Positions 15,001 to 27,375 of a DNA stretch of 64,000 nt are shown piece by piece. Position numbers and translations under genes: made by a program. The notes below the pieces were generated by a model, which made no database searches, had not been told where the DNA came from, and saw only the letters and a program-made list of their open reading frames with translations. How positions within the stretch are numbered: the stretch's first letter is position 1; each line of letters begins with the position of its first letter. Origin of the DNA: Eledone cirrhosa (taxonomy: Eukaryota); NCBI GenBank assembly GCA_964016885.1, contig OZ024740.1, positions 429,412,001-429,476,000 on the forward strand, written 5' to 3'.

Positions 15001-18000
15001 ATATATTACCGATTGACCTTCGTTCTTTGCCTAAGTTCTCGTCTCACCGAGAGTATATCACCTCCATCATATATTACCGCTTGACCTTCGTTCTTTGCCT
15101 AAGTTGTCGTCTCACCGAGAGTATATCATCTCCATCATATATTACCGCTTGACCTTCGTTCTTTGCCTAAGTTCTCGTCTCACCGAGAGTATATCACCTC
15201 CGTCATATATTACCGCTTGACCTTCGTTCTTTGCCTAAGTTCTCGTCTCACCGAGAGTATATCATCTCCATCATATATTACCGCTTGACCTTCGTTCTTT
15301 GCTTAAGTTCTCGTCTCACCGAGAGTATATCACCTCCATCATATATTACCGCTTGTCCTTCGTTCTTTGCCTAAGTTGTTATCTCACCGAGAGTATATGA
15401 TCTCCATCATATATTACCGCTTGACCTTCGTTCTTTGCCTAAGTTCTCGTCTCACCGACAGTATATCACCTCCATCATATATTACCGCTTGACCTTCGTT
15501 CTTTGCCTAAGTTCTCGTCTCACCGAGAGTATATCACCTCCATCATATATTACCGCTTGACCTTCGTTCTTTGCCTAAGTTCTCGTCTCACCGAGAGTAT
15601 ATCACCTCCATCATATATTACCGCTTGACCTTCGTTCTTTGCCTAAGTTCTCGTCTCACCGAGAGTATATCATCTCCATCATATATTACCGCTTGACCTT
15701 CGTTCTTTGCCTAAGTTCTCGTCTCACCGAGAGTATATCATCTCCATCATATATTACAGCGTGACCTTCGTTCTTTGCCTAAGTTCTCGTCTCACCGAGA
15801 GTATATCATCTCCATCATATATTACCGCTTGACCTTCGTTCTTTGCCTAAGTTCTGGTCTCACCGAGAGTATATCACCTCCATCATATATTACCGCTTGA
15901 CCTTCGTTCTTTGCCTAAGTTCTCGTTGCACCGAGAGTATATCATCTCCATCATATCTTACCGCATGACCTTCGTTCCTGCCTAAGTTCTCGTTTCACCG
16001 AGAGTATATCATCTCCATCATATATTACCGCTTGACCTTCGTTCTTTGCCTAAGTTCTCGTCTCACCGAGAGTATATCATCTCCATCATATATTACCGCT
16101 TGACCTTCGTTCTTTGCCTAAGTTCTCGTTTCACCGAGAGTATATCACCTCCATCATATATTACAGCGTGACCTTCGTTCTTTGCCTAAGTTCTCGTCTC
16201 ACCGAGAGTATATCATCTCCATCATATATTACCGCTTGACCTTCGTTCTTTGCCTAAGTTCTCGTCTCATCGAGAGTATATCACCTCCATCATATATTAC
16301 CGATTGACCTTCGTTCTTTGCCTAAGTTCTCGTCTCACCGAGAGTATATCACCTCCATCATATATTACCGCTTGACCTTCGTTCTTTGCCTAAGTTGTCG
16401 TCTCACCGAGAGTATATCATCTCCATCATATATTACCGCTTGACCTTCGTTCTTTGCCTAAGTTCTCGTCTCACCGAGAGTATATCACCTCCATCATATA
16501 TTACCGCTTGACCTTCGTTCTTTGCCTAAGTTGTCGTCTCACCGAGAGTATATGATCTCCATCATATATTACCGCTTGACCTTCGTTCTTTGCCTAAGTT
16601 CTCGTCTCACCGACAGTATATCACCTCCATCATATATTACCGCTTGACCTTCGTTCTTTGCCTAAGTTCTCGTCTCACCGAGAGTATATCACCTCCATCA
16701 TATATTACCGCTTGACCTTCGTTCTTTGCCTAAGTTCTCGTCTCACCGAGAGTATGTCACCTCCATCATATATTACCGCTTGACCTTCGTTCTTTGCCTA
16801 AGTTCTCGTCTCACCGAGAGTATATCATCTCCATCATATATTACCGCTTGACCTTCGTTCTTTGCCTAAGTTCTCGTCTCACCGAGAGTATATCACCTCC
16901 ATCATATATTACCGCTTGACCTTCGTTCTTTGCCTAAGTTCTCGTTTCACCGAGAGTATATCATCTCCATCATATCTTACCGCATGACCTTCGTTCCTGC
17001 CTAAGTTCTCGTTTCACCGAGAGTATATCATCTCCATCATATATTACCGCTTGACCTTCGTTCTTTGCCTAAGTTCTCGTCTCACCGAGAGTATATCATC
17101 TCCATCATATACTACCGCTTGACCTTCGTTCTTTGCCTAAGTTCTCGTTTCACCGAGAGTATATGACCTCCATCATATATTACCGCTTGACCTTCGTTCC
17201 TGCCTAAGTTCTCGTTTCACCGAGAGTATATCATCTCCATCATATATTACAGCGTGACCTTCGTTCTTTGCCTAAGTTCTCGTCTCACCGAGAGTATATC
17301 ATCTCCATCATATATTACCGCTTGACCTTCGTTCTTTGTCTAAGTTCTCGTCTCATCGAGAGTATATCACCTCCATCATATATTACCGCTTGACCTTCGT
17401 TCTTTGCCTAAGTTCTCGTCTCACCGAGAGTATATCACCTCCATTATATATTACCGCTTGACCTTCGTTCTTTGCCTAAGTTGTCGTCTCACCGAGAGTA
17501 TATCATCTCCATCATATATTACCGCTTGACCTTCGTTCTTTGCCTAAGTTCTCGTCTCACCGAGAGTATATCACCTCCATCATATATTACCGCTTGACCT
17601 TCGTTCTTTGCCTAAGTTCTCGTCTCACCGAGAGTATATCATCTCCATCATATATTACCGCTTGACCTTCGTTCTTTGCCTAAGTTCTCGTCTCACCGAG
17701 AGTATATTACCTCCATCATATATTACCGCTTGACCTTCGTTCTTTGCCTAAGTTGTCGTCTCACCGAGACTATATCATCTCCATCATATATTACCGCTTG
17801 ACCTTCGTTCTTTGCCTAAGTTCTCGTCTCACCGAGAGTATATCACCTCCATCATATATTACCGCTTGACCCTCGTTCTTTGCCTAAGTTCTCGTCTCAC
17901 CGAGAGTATATCACCTCCATCATATATTACCGCTTGACTTTCGTTCTTTGCCTAAGTTCTCGTCTCACCGAGAGTATATCACCTCCATCATATATTACCG

Positions 18001-21000
18001 CTTGACCTTCGTTCTTTGCCTAAGTTCTCGTCTCACCGAGAGTATATCACCTCCATCATATATTACCGCTTGACCTTCGTTCTTTGCCTAAGTTCTCGTC
18101 TCACCGAGAGTATATCACCTCCATCATATATTACCGCTTGACATTCGTTCTTTGCCTAAGTTCTCGTCTCACCGAGAGTATATCACCTCCATCATATATT
18201 ACCGCTTAACCTTCGTTCTTTGCCTAAGTTCTCGTCTCACCGAGAGTATATCACCTCCATCATATATTACCGCTTGACCTTCGTTCTTTGCCTAAGTTCT
18301 CGTCTCACCGAGAGTATATCACCTCCATCATATATTACCGCTTGACCTTCGTTCTTTGCCTAAGTTCTCGTCTCACCGAGAGTATATCATCTCCATCATA
18401 TATTACCGCTTGACCTTCGTTCTTTGCCTAAGTTCTCGTCTCACCGAGAGTATATCATCTCCATCATATATTACCGCTTGATCTTCGTTCTTTGCCTAAG
18501 TTCTCGTCTCACCGAGAGTATATCATCTCCATCATATATTACCGCTTGACCTTCGTTCTTTGCCTAAGTTCTCGTTTCACCGAGAGTATATCACCTCCAT
18601 CATATATTACCGCTTGACCTTCGTTCCTGCCTAAGTTCTCGTTTCACCGAGAGTATATCATCTCCATCATATATTACAGCGTGACCTTCGTTCTTTGCCT
18701 AAGTTCTCGTCTCACCGAGAGTATATCATCTCCATCATATATTACCGCTTGACCTTCGTTCTTTGCCTAAGTTCTCGTCTCATCGAGAGTATATCACCTC
18801 CACTATATATTACCGCTTGACCTTCGTTCTTTGCCTAAGTTCTCGTCTCACCGAAAGTATATCACCTCCATCATATATTACCGCTTGACCCTCGTTCTTT
18901 GCCTAAGTTGTCGTCTCACCGAGAGTATATCATCTCCATCATATATTACCGCTTGACATTCGTTCTTTGCCTAAGTTCTCGTCTCACCGAGAGTATATCA
19001 CCTCCATCATATATTACCGCTTGACCTTCGTTCTTTGCCTAAGTTCTCGTCTCACCGAGAGTATATCATCTCCATCATATATTACCGCTTGACCTTCGTT
19101 CTTTGCCTAAGTTCTCGTCTCACCGAGAGTATATCACCTCCATCATATATTACCGCTTGACCTTCGTTCTTTGCCTAAGTTGTCGTCTCACCGAGAGTAT
19201 ATGATCTCCATCATATATTACCGCTTGACCTTCGTTCTTTGCCTAAGTTCTCGTCTCACCGACAGTATATCACCTCCATCATATATTACCGCTTGACCTT
19301 CGTTCTTTGCCTAAGTTCTCGTCTCACCGAGAGTATATCACCTCCATCATATATTACCGCTTGACCTTCGTTCTTTGCCTAAGTTCTCGTCTCACCGAGA
19401 GTATATCATCTCCATCATATATTACCGCTTGACCTTCGTTCTTTGCCTAAGTTCTCGTTTCACCGAGAGTATATGACCTCCATCATATATTACCGCTTGA
19501 CCTTCGTTCCTGCCTAAGTTCTCGTCTCACCGAGAGTATATCATCTCCATCATATATTACCGCTTGACCTTCGTTCTTTGCCTAAGTTCTCGTCTCATCG
19601 AGAGTATATCACCTCCATCATATATTACCGCTTGACCTTCGTTCTTTGCCTAAGTTCTCGTCTCACCGAGAGTATATCACCTCCATCATATATTACCGCT
19701 TGACCTTCGTTCTTTGCCTAAGTTGTCGTCTCACCGAGAGTATATCATCTCCATCATATATTACCGCTTGACCTTCGTTCTTTGCCTAATTCTCGTCTCA
19801 CCGAGAGTATATCACCTCCATCATATATTACCGCTTGACCTTCGTTCTTTGCCTAAGTTCTCGTCTCACCGAGAGTATATCACCTCCATCATATATTACC
19901 GCTTGACCTTCGTTCTTTGCCTAAGTTCTCGTCTCACCGAGAGTATATCATTTCCATCATATATTACCGCTTGACCTTCGTTCTTTGCCTAAGTTCTCGT
20001 CTCACCGAGAGTATATCATCTCCATCATATATTACCGCTTGACCTTCGTTCTTTGCCTAACTTCTCGTCTCACCGAGAGTATATCACCTCCATCATATAT
20101 TACCGCTTGACCTTCGTTCTTTGCCTAAGTTCTCGTCTCACCGAGAGTATATCATCTCCATCATATATTACCGCTTGACCTTCGTTCTTTGCCTAAGTTC
20201 TCGTCTCACCGAGAGTATATCATCTCCATCATATATTACCGCTTTACCTTCGTTCTTTGCCTAAGTTCTCGTTTCACCGAGAGTATATCACCTCCATCAT
20301 ATATTACCGCTTGACCTTCGTTCCTGCCTAAGTTCTCGTTTCACCGAGAGTATATCATCTCCATCATATATTACAGCGTGACCTTCGTTCTTTGCCTAAG
20401 TTCTCGTCTCACCGAGAGTATATCATCTCCATCATATATTACCGCTTGACCTTCGTTCTTTGCCTAAGTTCTCGTCTCATCGAGAGTATATCACCTCCAT
20501 CATATATTACCGCTTGACCTTCGTTCTTTGCCTAAGTTCTCGTCTCACCGAGAGTATATCACCTCCATCATATATTACCGCTTGACCTTCGTTCTTTGCC
20601 TAAGTTGTCGTCTCACCGAGAGTATATCATCTCCATCATATATTACCGCTTGACCTTCGTTCTTTGCCTAAGTTCTCGTCTCACCGAGAGTATATCACCT
20701 CCATCATATATTACCGCTTGACCTTCGTTCATTGCCTAAGTTCTCGTCTCACCGAGAGTATATCACCTCCATCATATATTACCGCTTGACCTTCGTTCTT
20801 TGCCTAAGTTGTCGTCTCACCGAGAGTATATGATCTCCATCATATATTACCACTTGACCTTCGTTCTTTGCCTAAGTTCTCGTCTCACCGACAGTATATC
20901 ACCTCCATCATATATTACCGCTTGACCTTCGTTCTTTGCCTAAGTTCTCGTCTCACCGAGAGTATATCACCTCCATCATATATTACCGCTTGACCTTCGT

Positions 21001-21229
21001 TCTTTGCCTAAGTTCTCGTCTCACCGAGAGTATATCACCTCCATCATATATTACCTCTTGACCTTCGTTCTTTGCCTAAGTTCTCGTCTCACCGAGAGTA
21101 TATCATCTCCATCATATATTACCGCTTGACCTTCGTTCTTTGCGTAAGTTCTCGTCTCACCGAGAGTATATCATCTCCATCATATATTACCGCTTGACCG
21201 CCGTTCCTTGCCTAAGTTCTCGTCTCACC
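1..21229 (+). repeat. 68-bp tandem satellite array (~312 monomers; runs off the left window edge)
   Basis: Monomer GAGAGTATATCAYCTCCATCATATATTACCGCTTGACCTTCGTTCTTTGCCTAAGTTCTCGTCTCACC recurs every 68 nt; a 67-nt variant has GTTCCTGCC; the last monomer ends CTCACC at 21229. Confidence 0.99.
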
Positions 21230-21290
21230 AGATTGCAATCCCTTGTCTTCCCTATCTTGTAGAAAGTTTCATCTGTTGCCAACATCCTTC
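21162..21290 (+). pseudogene. Tx1-type LINE ORF2 remnant at the satellite junction
   Basis: Translates YIISIIYYRLTAVPCLSSRLTRLQSLVFPIL*K and then ICCQHPS, collinear with YIASVIYYRLTVVPCPRETLTKMERALFQFLWK...ICCQHPS of the ORF2 at 27376-30813. Confidence 0.85.
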
Positions 21291-21292
21291 AG

Positions 21293-21373
21293 CCTAAGTT
21301 CAAATCCCACTGGAGTCAACTTTTATCTTTACGAAGTCAATTAATAAAGTACCAATCCAGCAATGAGGTCGAA

Positions 21374-21375
<2 letters not shown>
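21293..21375 (+). mobile_element. Degenerate tRNA-derived SINE fragment
   Basis: AAGTTCAAATCCCAC..GTCAACTTT..AATAAAGTACCA resembles the SINE at 25112 and 58422. Confidence 0.55.
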
Positions 21376-21928
<553 letters not shown>

Positions 21929-21937
21929 ATATATATA

Positions 21938-22969
21938 ACAGCTCGACTCCTTTCTCTCCTTCTTCTGCTCTGCTCCTTCCACCCCTCCCTCCACTTCACC
22001 ACCTCTATCTCCACCACCCACGTCCACTTCTTACACATCTCCGTCGCCTTCGACACCTCCCACCACTCCCTCGTCACCTCCGCCTTCTTCAAACCCACCG
22101 ACTATCACTCTTACCTCGACTCTACCTCTTCCCACCCCACACACACTAAACACTCTATTCCCTACTCCCAACTCCTCAGGATCCGCAGCCTCTGTAGCCG
22201 AGATGCCGACTTTGAGTCCCAGGCCCTTTCCCTAGTCAGCCATTTCATCCGCAGAGGTTACCCCCTCTCGCCCACACCGCTCTCACCCGCGCCCGTGCTG
22301 TCCGCCGCTCCACCACTCTCACCCCACGCCACCGCACACCCACCCACCGTCTCCCCTTCCCCATCTCCTACCACCCCTCCACCATACCCCTCCACCGCAC
22401 CATGCGACGCCTCTTTCGACGCCTCTAGTCCGACCCCTCCACCTCCCACATCTTCCCAGCCCCACCACTCCCCTCCTTCAAACGCGCACTTAATCTCCGC
22501 ACCCTCCTCGACCACAGCCCCCTACCACCCAACCCACGCTCTCCCCCCCCCCGGTTCCTTTCCCTGTTCTAGGCCCCGCTGCAACACCTGTCCCCACATT
22601 ACCAACACCACCACCTTCCATGGTCCCAACGGCCACTCTCTCTCTGTCCGGCATGCCTTCCTCTGCACCTCCTCCAACCTAGTCTACGGAATTCGCTGCA
22701 CGGAGTGAAGCGCGACTTATTTCGGACAGACTGGACGTCGCCTGGCGGACAGATTTACTGAGCACCTCCGGGATATTCGTCTCGGTGGTAGTTCCCCCAT
22801 CGCCCGCCACTTTGGTGCCCCTGGACATTCCGCACACCATCTCACAGTCTGTGGCCTACTCCAATGCCACGGAACACCCGCCAATCTCCTAAGAGTCGAA
22901 CAACGAACCATCTTCATCTTACAGACCCACACTCCCCACGGCCTGAACTCCGCACCCTTATTCCTTTAG
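21938..22969 (+). pseudogene. Penelope-like RT thumb + Zn finger + GIY-YIG endonuclease (frameshifted)
   Basis: FHPSLHFT..FKPTDYHSYL..SHPTHTKHSIPYSQLLRIR..RGYP; PCSRPRCNTC; NLVYGIRCTE*SATYFGQTGRRLADRFTEH; TPHGLN. Confidence 0.9.
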
Positions 22970-23676
22970 CCTTCGACCGCCCCCCTCCCCCCACACATAT
23001 CCCCCACTAACACCACTAACACACCCCTCATTTTCACCGCCCACCCCACAACTAACAATACTAACACCTCCACCCCACATCCGACCACCCTTCCCCAACT
23101 AACATACTAACATCCCTCCCTCCCTTATTCTCCTCCCCCCTCCTTATCACACGCACACACCCACCGGTACATATATACACGCGCTCACACTAAACACACA
23201 CCCTACTACCACCACTAACCCTCACCTCCACACATCCACCCCACCACCCCGCAACTAACATCACTAACACCCCCTGACCCCAAGCACACGAACACACACA
23301 CCCACTTACACCACCCACCCTACACGCAACTAACATCACTAACACCCCCCAACCCTACGCACACGTACACACACACCCTCTTACACCACCCACTCTACAC
23401 ACCCTACCACCACTGACCCCCACTCACACCCGCATTCAACCCTTTCTCCACTTCCTGTAAAACTAACACCCACTAACACCCCCTTCACCACACACACACC
23501 AGTACACTACACTCCCTCCATCGGCCCCCACACCCTTCTCTCCCCGCTCCACCCATACCCTTTCTCACACACACACACATCCCACTAACACCTCTACTAA
23601 TACACACACCCCCTCCTCACTCCAACTTTCACACCTACCCATCCTCTCCCCTGTCTACCGCACACACTGACACACA

Positions 23677-23822
23677 TTTACTTACCATTCTACCCTACTG
23701 CTGCTATGCCCTCTGACCACCTCCCCGCACACACAGACACACAACACACCTTTACTTACCATTCTACCCTACTTCTGCTATGCCCTCTGACCACCTCCCC
23801 GCACACACAGACACACAACACT
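23677..23822 (+). repeat. ~73-bp direct duplication inside the pLTR
   Basis: TTTACTTACCATTCTACCCTACT..CACACAACAC occurs twice in tandem. Confidence 0.8.
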
Positions 23823-24550
23823 CCTCCTGCCTTGACCCTCTGACCACTTCCTGTTGCGCGCGCACCCCACATCTCTCCTCTTCCGACCAATCTCTTCACG
23901 GATTACACATATGTGAACCTTGATCCCGAGAATCCACCGCATCCCAGGATTTTATTCAGCATTCCACCACATCTTTTTATGGAATTACCTTTATGACTCA
24001 CCTCACACACACACCCCAAACATTTTTTTTCCCCACATGGCACCTACATCCACAACACGCATAATCACCACACACACACGTGCGTACCACCACATATTTA
24101 CACATTCAGCCTCCGGAATCCTCTCCCTCCACCTCTCTATCCACACACGCACACACACTCCGACCTACACCCACCCGACACACACCTCTTCCTGAACATG
24201 CAACCCCGTTCTTCCCCCAACCCTTGCTTCCACATACACACACACACACACACACACGTACACCTACACACACACACGTACACCTACACACACACACGTA
24301 CACCTACACACACACACCACCTTCAGCCCTCCCCACTCGGACACCCCGTCTACCTCTCCCCACTCCACCCGCCACCACTCCTACACGCCCCACACCCTTC
24401 CACCACCTGTTTTACCCCATTTTAATTTTATTTTGATCATACCTTTATTTTTAATTTCATTTGCACCGTTCCCTCTCACCCCCCCCCCTTTGCTATATGT
24501 CTCTCCACCACTCTCCTACACACCCTTTGAACTCTCTTCCCACACACTTT

Positions 24551-24585
24551 TCACCTGAAGAAGGGCTTATGCCCGAAACGTCGTT
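24551..24585 (+). ncRNA. Minimal type I hammerhead ribozyme motif
   Basis: CTGAAGA-A-GGGC-ttat-GCCC-GAAAC-GTC; palindromic ACGT stem III; stem I only about 2 bp. Confidence 0.7.
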
Positions 24586-24668
24586 CCCCACCACCACCCC
24601 CTCTCAAGAGCGTGAAATTAATAAACCTTTGTTTGTACTGCCTCTCTGTTTTGTTCCCGTTCAATTTT

Positions 24669-24770
<102 letters not shown>

Positions 24771-25111
24771 CTAAAGGTGTCAATAATTACCTTAACTTGA
24801 ACTTAAATCTACACCAATCCAATGCTATCCACGAACTCGGTGTGGAGTGGGGGACAAAGGTAACCCACAAACCTACATTCAACCCGACTCACCAGATACA
24901 TACCACACAAGACAAAGTAGAAATCAAACATGTCCTTTAAAACCATATTCCAACTTTCCTAGCAAAACAACCACCAGTCTACACGACTTCCTAGTAAAGG
25001 GGTGACGAACGTCTTCAGACTGCAGCTGTCATTTTACGTAGTTTTGACATTACTTTACCGCGACTACAACCCCATTGAGTAATTGACATTACGACCACAC
25101 ATCATCAGTAT

Positions 25112-25290
25112 ATTGGCAGTATTGGTAGAGGGTCTGACATGCTTTCCAACGTAGTTACGTCCCTTTACGATCTGAGTTCAAATCCCGCCGAGGTTAACTT
25201 TGCCTTTCATCCTTACGGTGTCGATAAAATAAAGTACCAGTAATGCACTGGGATAATTACTGGCCTTGTGCCAAAAGTAGAAACAATTAT
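25112..25290 (+). mobile_element. tRNA-derived SINE
   Basis: A box TGGCAGTATTGG, B box GAGTTCAAATCC, core GCCTTTCATCCTTACGGTGTCGATAAAATAAAGTACCAG, tail GCCAAAAGTAGAAACAATTAT. Confidence 0.85.
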
Positions 25291-25306
25291 CAGTATAAGT
25301 ACCACA

Positions 25307-25452
25307 AATAATTGTTTCTACTTTTGGCACAATTACGCAGTGTATTACTGGTACTTTATTTTATCGACCCCGTAAGAATGAAAGGCAAAGTTAACCTCGA
25401 CGGGATTTGAACTCACACCGTAAAGGGACATAACTCTATGCTGGAAAGCATG
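25307..25452 (-). mobile_element. tRNA-derived SINE, tail-to-tail with the previous copy
   Basis: Reverse complement of the 25112 family. Confidence 0.85.
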
Positions 25453-25494
25453 GAATAATATCCGAAAGTATAGTCCCAACATATCTGAGTTGAT

Positions 25495-25635
25495 AAGGCG
25501 TGGAATTGACAGAGTAGTTAGAAGGTCAGATAGAATGTTTTGTGCTCTTCGTTTGAGCTCTCTCTTCCCTCAGTTCATATCAGGCCGAGGTCAACTGTAC
25601 CTTGTATTCTTTCAGTCCAGTACTGGGGTCGATTC
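25495..25635 (+). mobile_element. Old degenerate SINE copy
   Basis: AAGGCGTGGAATTGACAGAG..AGTTCATATCAGGCCGAGGTCAAC..CTGGGGTCGAT. Confidence 0.45.
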
Positions 25636-25697
25636 TTCCTCTATATCTCATTCTCATTTCATTCTCTCTCTCTCTCTCCCTCATTATTTCTTTCTCC

Positions 25698-25882
25698 GGA
25701 TTGGCAGTATCTCTAGAGAGTCGGACGCCATGCTTTGACGCATAGAGTTACGGCCCTTGCCATTCTGAGTTCAAATCCCGCCGAGATTAACTTTGCCTTT
25801 CATCCTTACGGGGTCGATAAAATAAAGTACCAGTAATACACTGCGTAATTGCTGGCCTTGTGCCAAAAGTAGAAACAATTAT
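25698..25882 (+). mobile_element. tRNA-derived SINE
   Basis: Same A/B boxes, core and tail as 25112. Confidence 0.85.
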
Positions 25883-26125
25883 TTATTTCTCTGGAAGAAA
25901 TCTGCTGTGATCGGACCTAGAGAGGGATGGGCTCCACCAGGTTTTAAATGCCCAAGAAACGCCGTATGTCAGTACGGAGCCTGCACGAGTCCATCAGGTG
26001 TTGTGGGACCATACCATACCTGACCTCATATATAGATACACAACAAACAAAATAAACCATATACTCTACAACCAGAACCCGAACAAACCAAACCGTAACC
26101 CTGCAATTACCCATTGACCTAATCT

Positions 26126-26128
<3 letters not shown>

Positions 26129-26202
<74 letters not shown>

Positions 26203-26248
26203 TTCTATCTCTTTCTATCTCTCTCTCTATCTCTCTATCTCTCTCACA

Positions 26249-26287
<39 letters not shown>

Positions 26288-26396
26288 TCTCTCTCTATCT
26301 ATCTCTCTCTCTATCTATCTATCTCTCTCTCTCACACATACTCTCTCTCTCTCACACACTCTCTCTCTCTCTCTCACACACATACGCTCTCTCTCT
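26129..26396. repeat. (CT)n compound microsatellite
   Basis: Direct reading. Confidence 0.9.
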
Positions 26397-26876
26397 TAAT
26401 GAAACAATAAACCCGATAATAAAAAACAAGTGAAGCTACAGGTTCATCAATTATACAGCCAATTAAAACCAAATAAAAACTTACACTAAACAATAGGAAA
26501 CAGTCTACCACCGACCAACTCCCACCCACCACCCCACCCCACCACACACCCCTCTAAACTAGAGAAAAAAGTTCACATAAACAGGAGTTCAAATCAAAAA
26601 AATTAAATTCCAACAAATTCTTTACGAAACAATAAGTAAAAGTAAAATGAGAAATTTATTGCATTTAAAACATCGCGGAACCATAAATATTAGAGTAAAA
26701 CCCAGAGGTTTATAGTAAACAACTAAACAACAGATCTATAGAGAGACTAACAACTGGTATAGAGAGACTAACAACTGGTATAGAGAGACTAACAACAGAT
26801 ATAGAGAGACTTTAACAAAGGATAGACCGAGTATGAACCGAATAAAGAAATGGGGTGAAATTGTAAACAATTAAAT

Positions 26877-27031
26877 AAACATGCCTTCCCCTCCTTCTCC
26901 ACTGGCACGCAGCTGGATGACAATAGCCTGCGCATCGTCCTTACCTTGAGGCTTGGCCTCCGGATCTGCGAGGCACACCAATGTCGCTGTGTATCCACCG
27001 TGGATACTTTCGGCCTCCACCCGCTTAACTG
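26877..27031 (+). pseudogene. CRE-like non-LTR retrotransposon fragment (zinc-knuckle region)
   Basis: HAFPSFSTGTQLDDNSLRIVLTLRLGLRICEAHQCRCVSTVDTFGLHPLN matches the LRLG..CxC..D..G.H motif of CRE-clade proteins (from memory of the family). Confidence 0.65.
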
Positions 27032-27066
27032 ATAATTTCCAATATATAACAATTAAAGAGGACAAA

Positions 27067-27109
<43 letters not shown>

Positions 27110-27375
27110 TATATTTCTTTTATTTGCCACTAGGGCATCAAAAGTGGGACAAGTACAAAGGGGGGAGTTTACACAAAAAGGCGTCCTCAATAAGGAGGAG
27201 GCAATAACAAAATATAAAAATAAAATAGGATATAACAAAAAATAAAATTTTTAACAAAATCCTCAATAGAGAGGAGGCGCCTTGGGGGGTCGCACACACC
27301 CCCGAAAAAAGTGTGCAACCCTTCTCCTCAGGAGCACAGAGAAGGGGTGCTCCCTTGGTCTTTCATCTTCCTCAC

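Noticed and set aside
1-21229. CRISPR array
   Set aside because: No unique spacers, no cas genes, eukaryotic context
25112-25290. tRNA gene
   Set aside because: A/B boxes lead into a SINE core and tail; no cloverleaf
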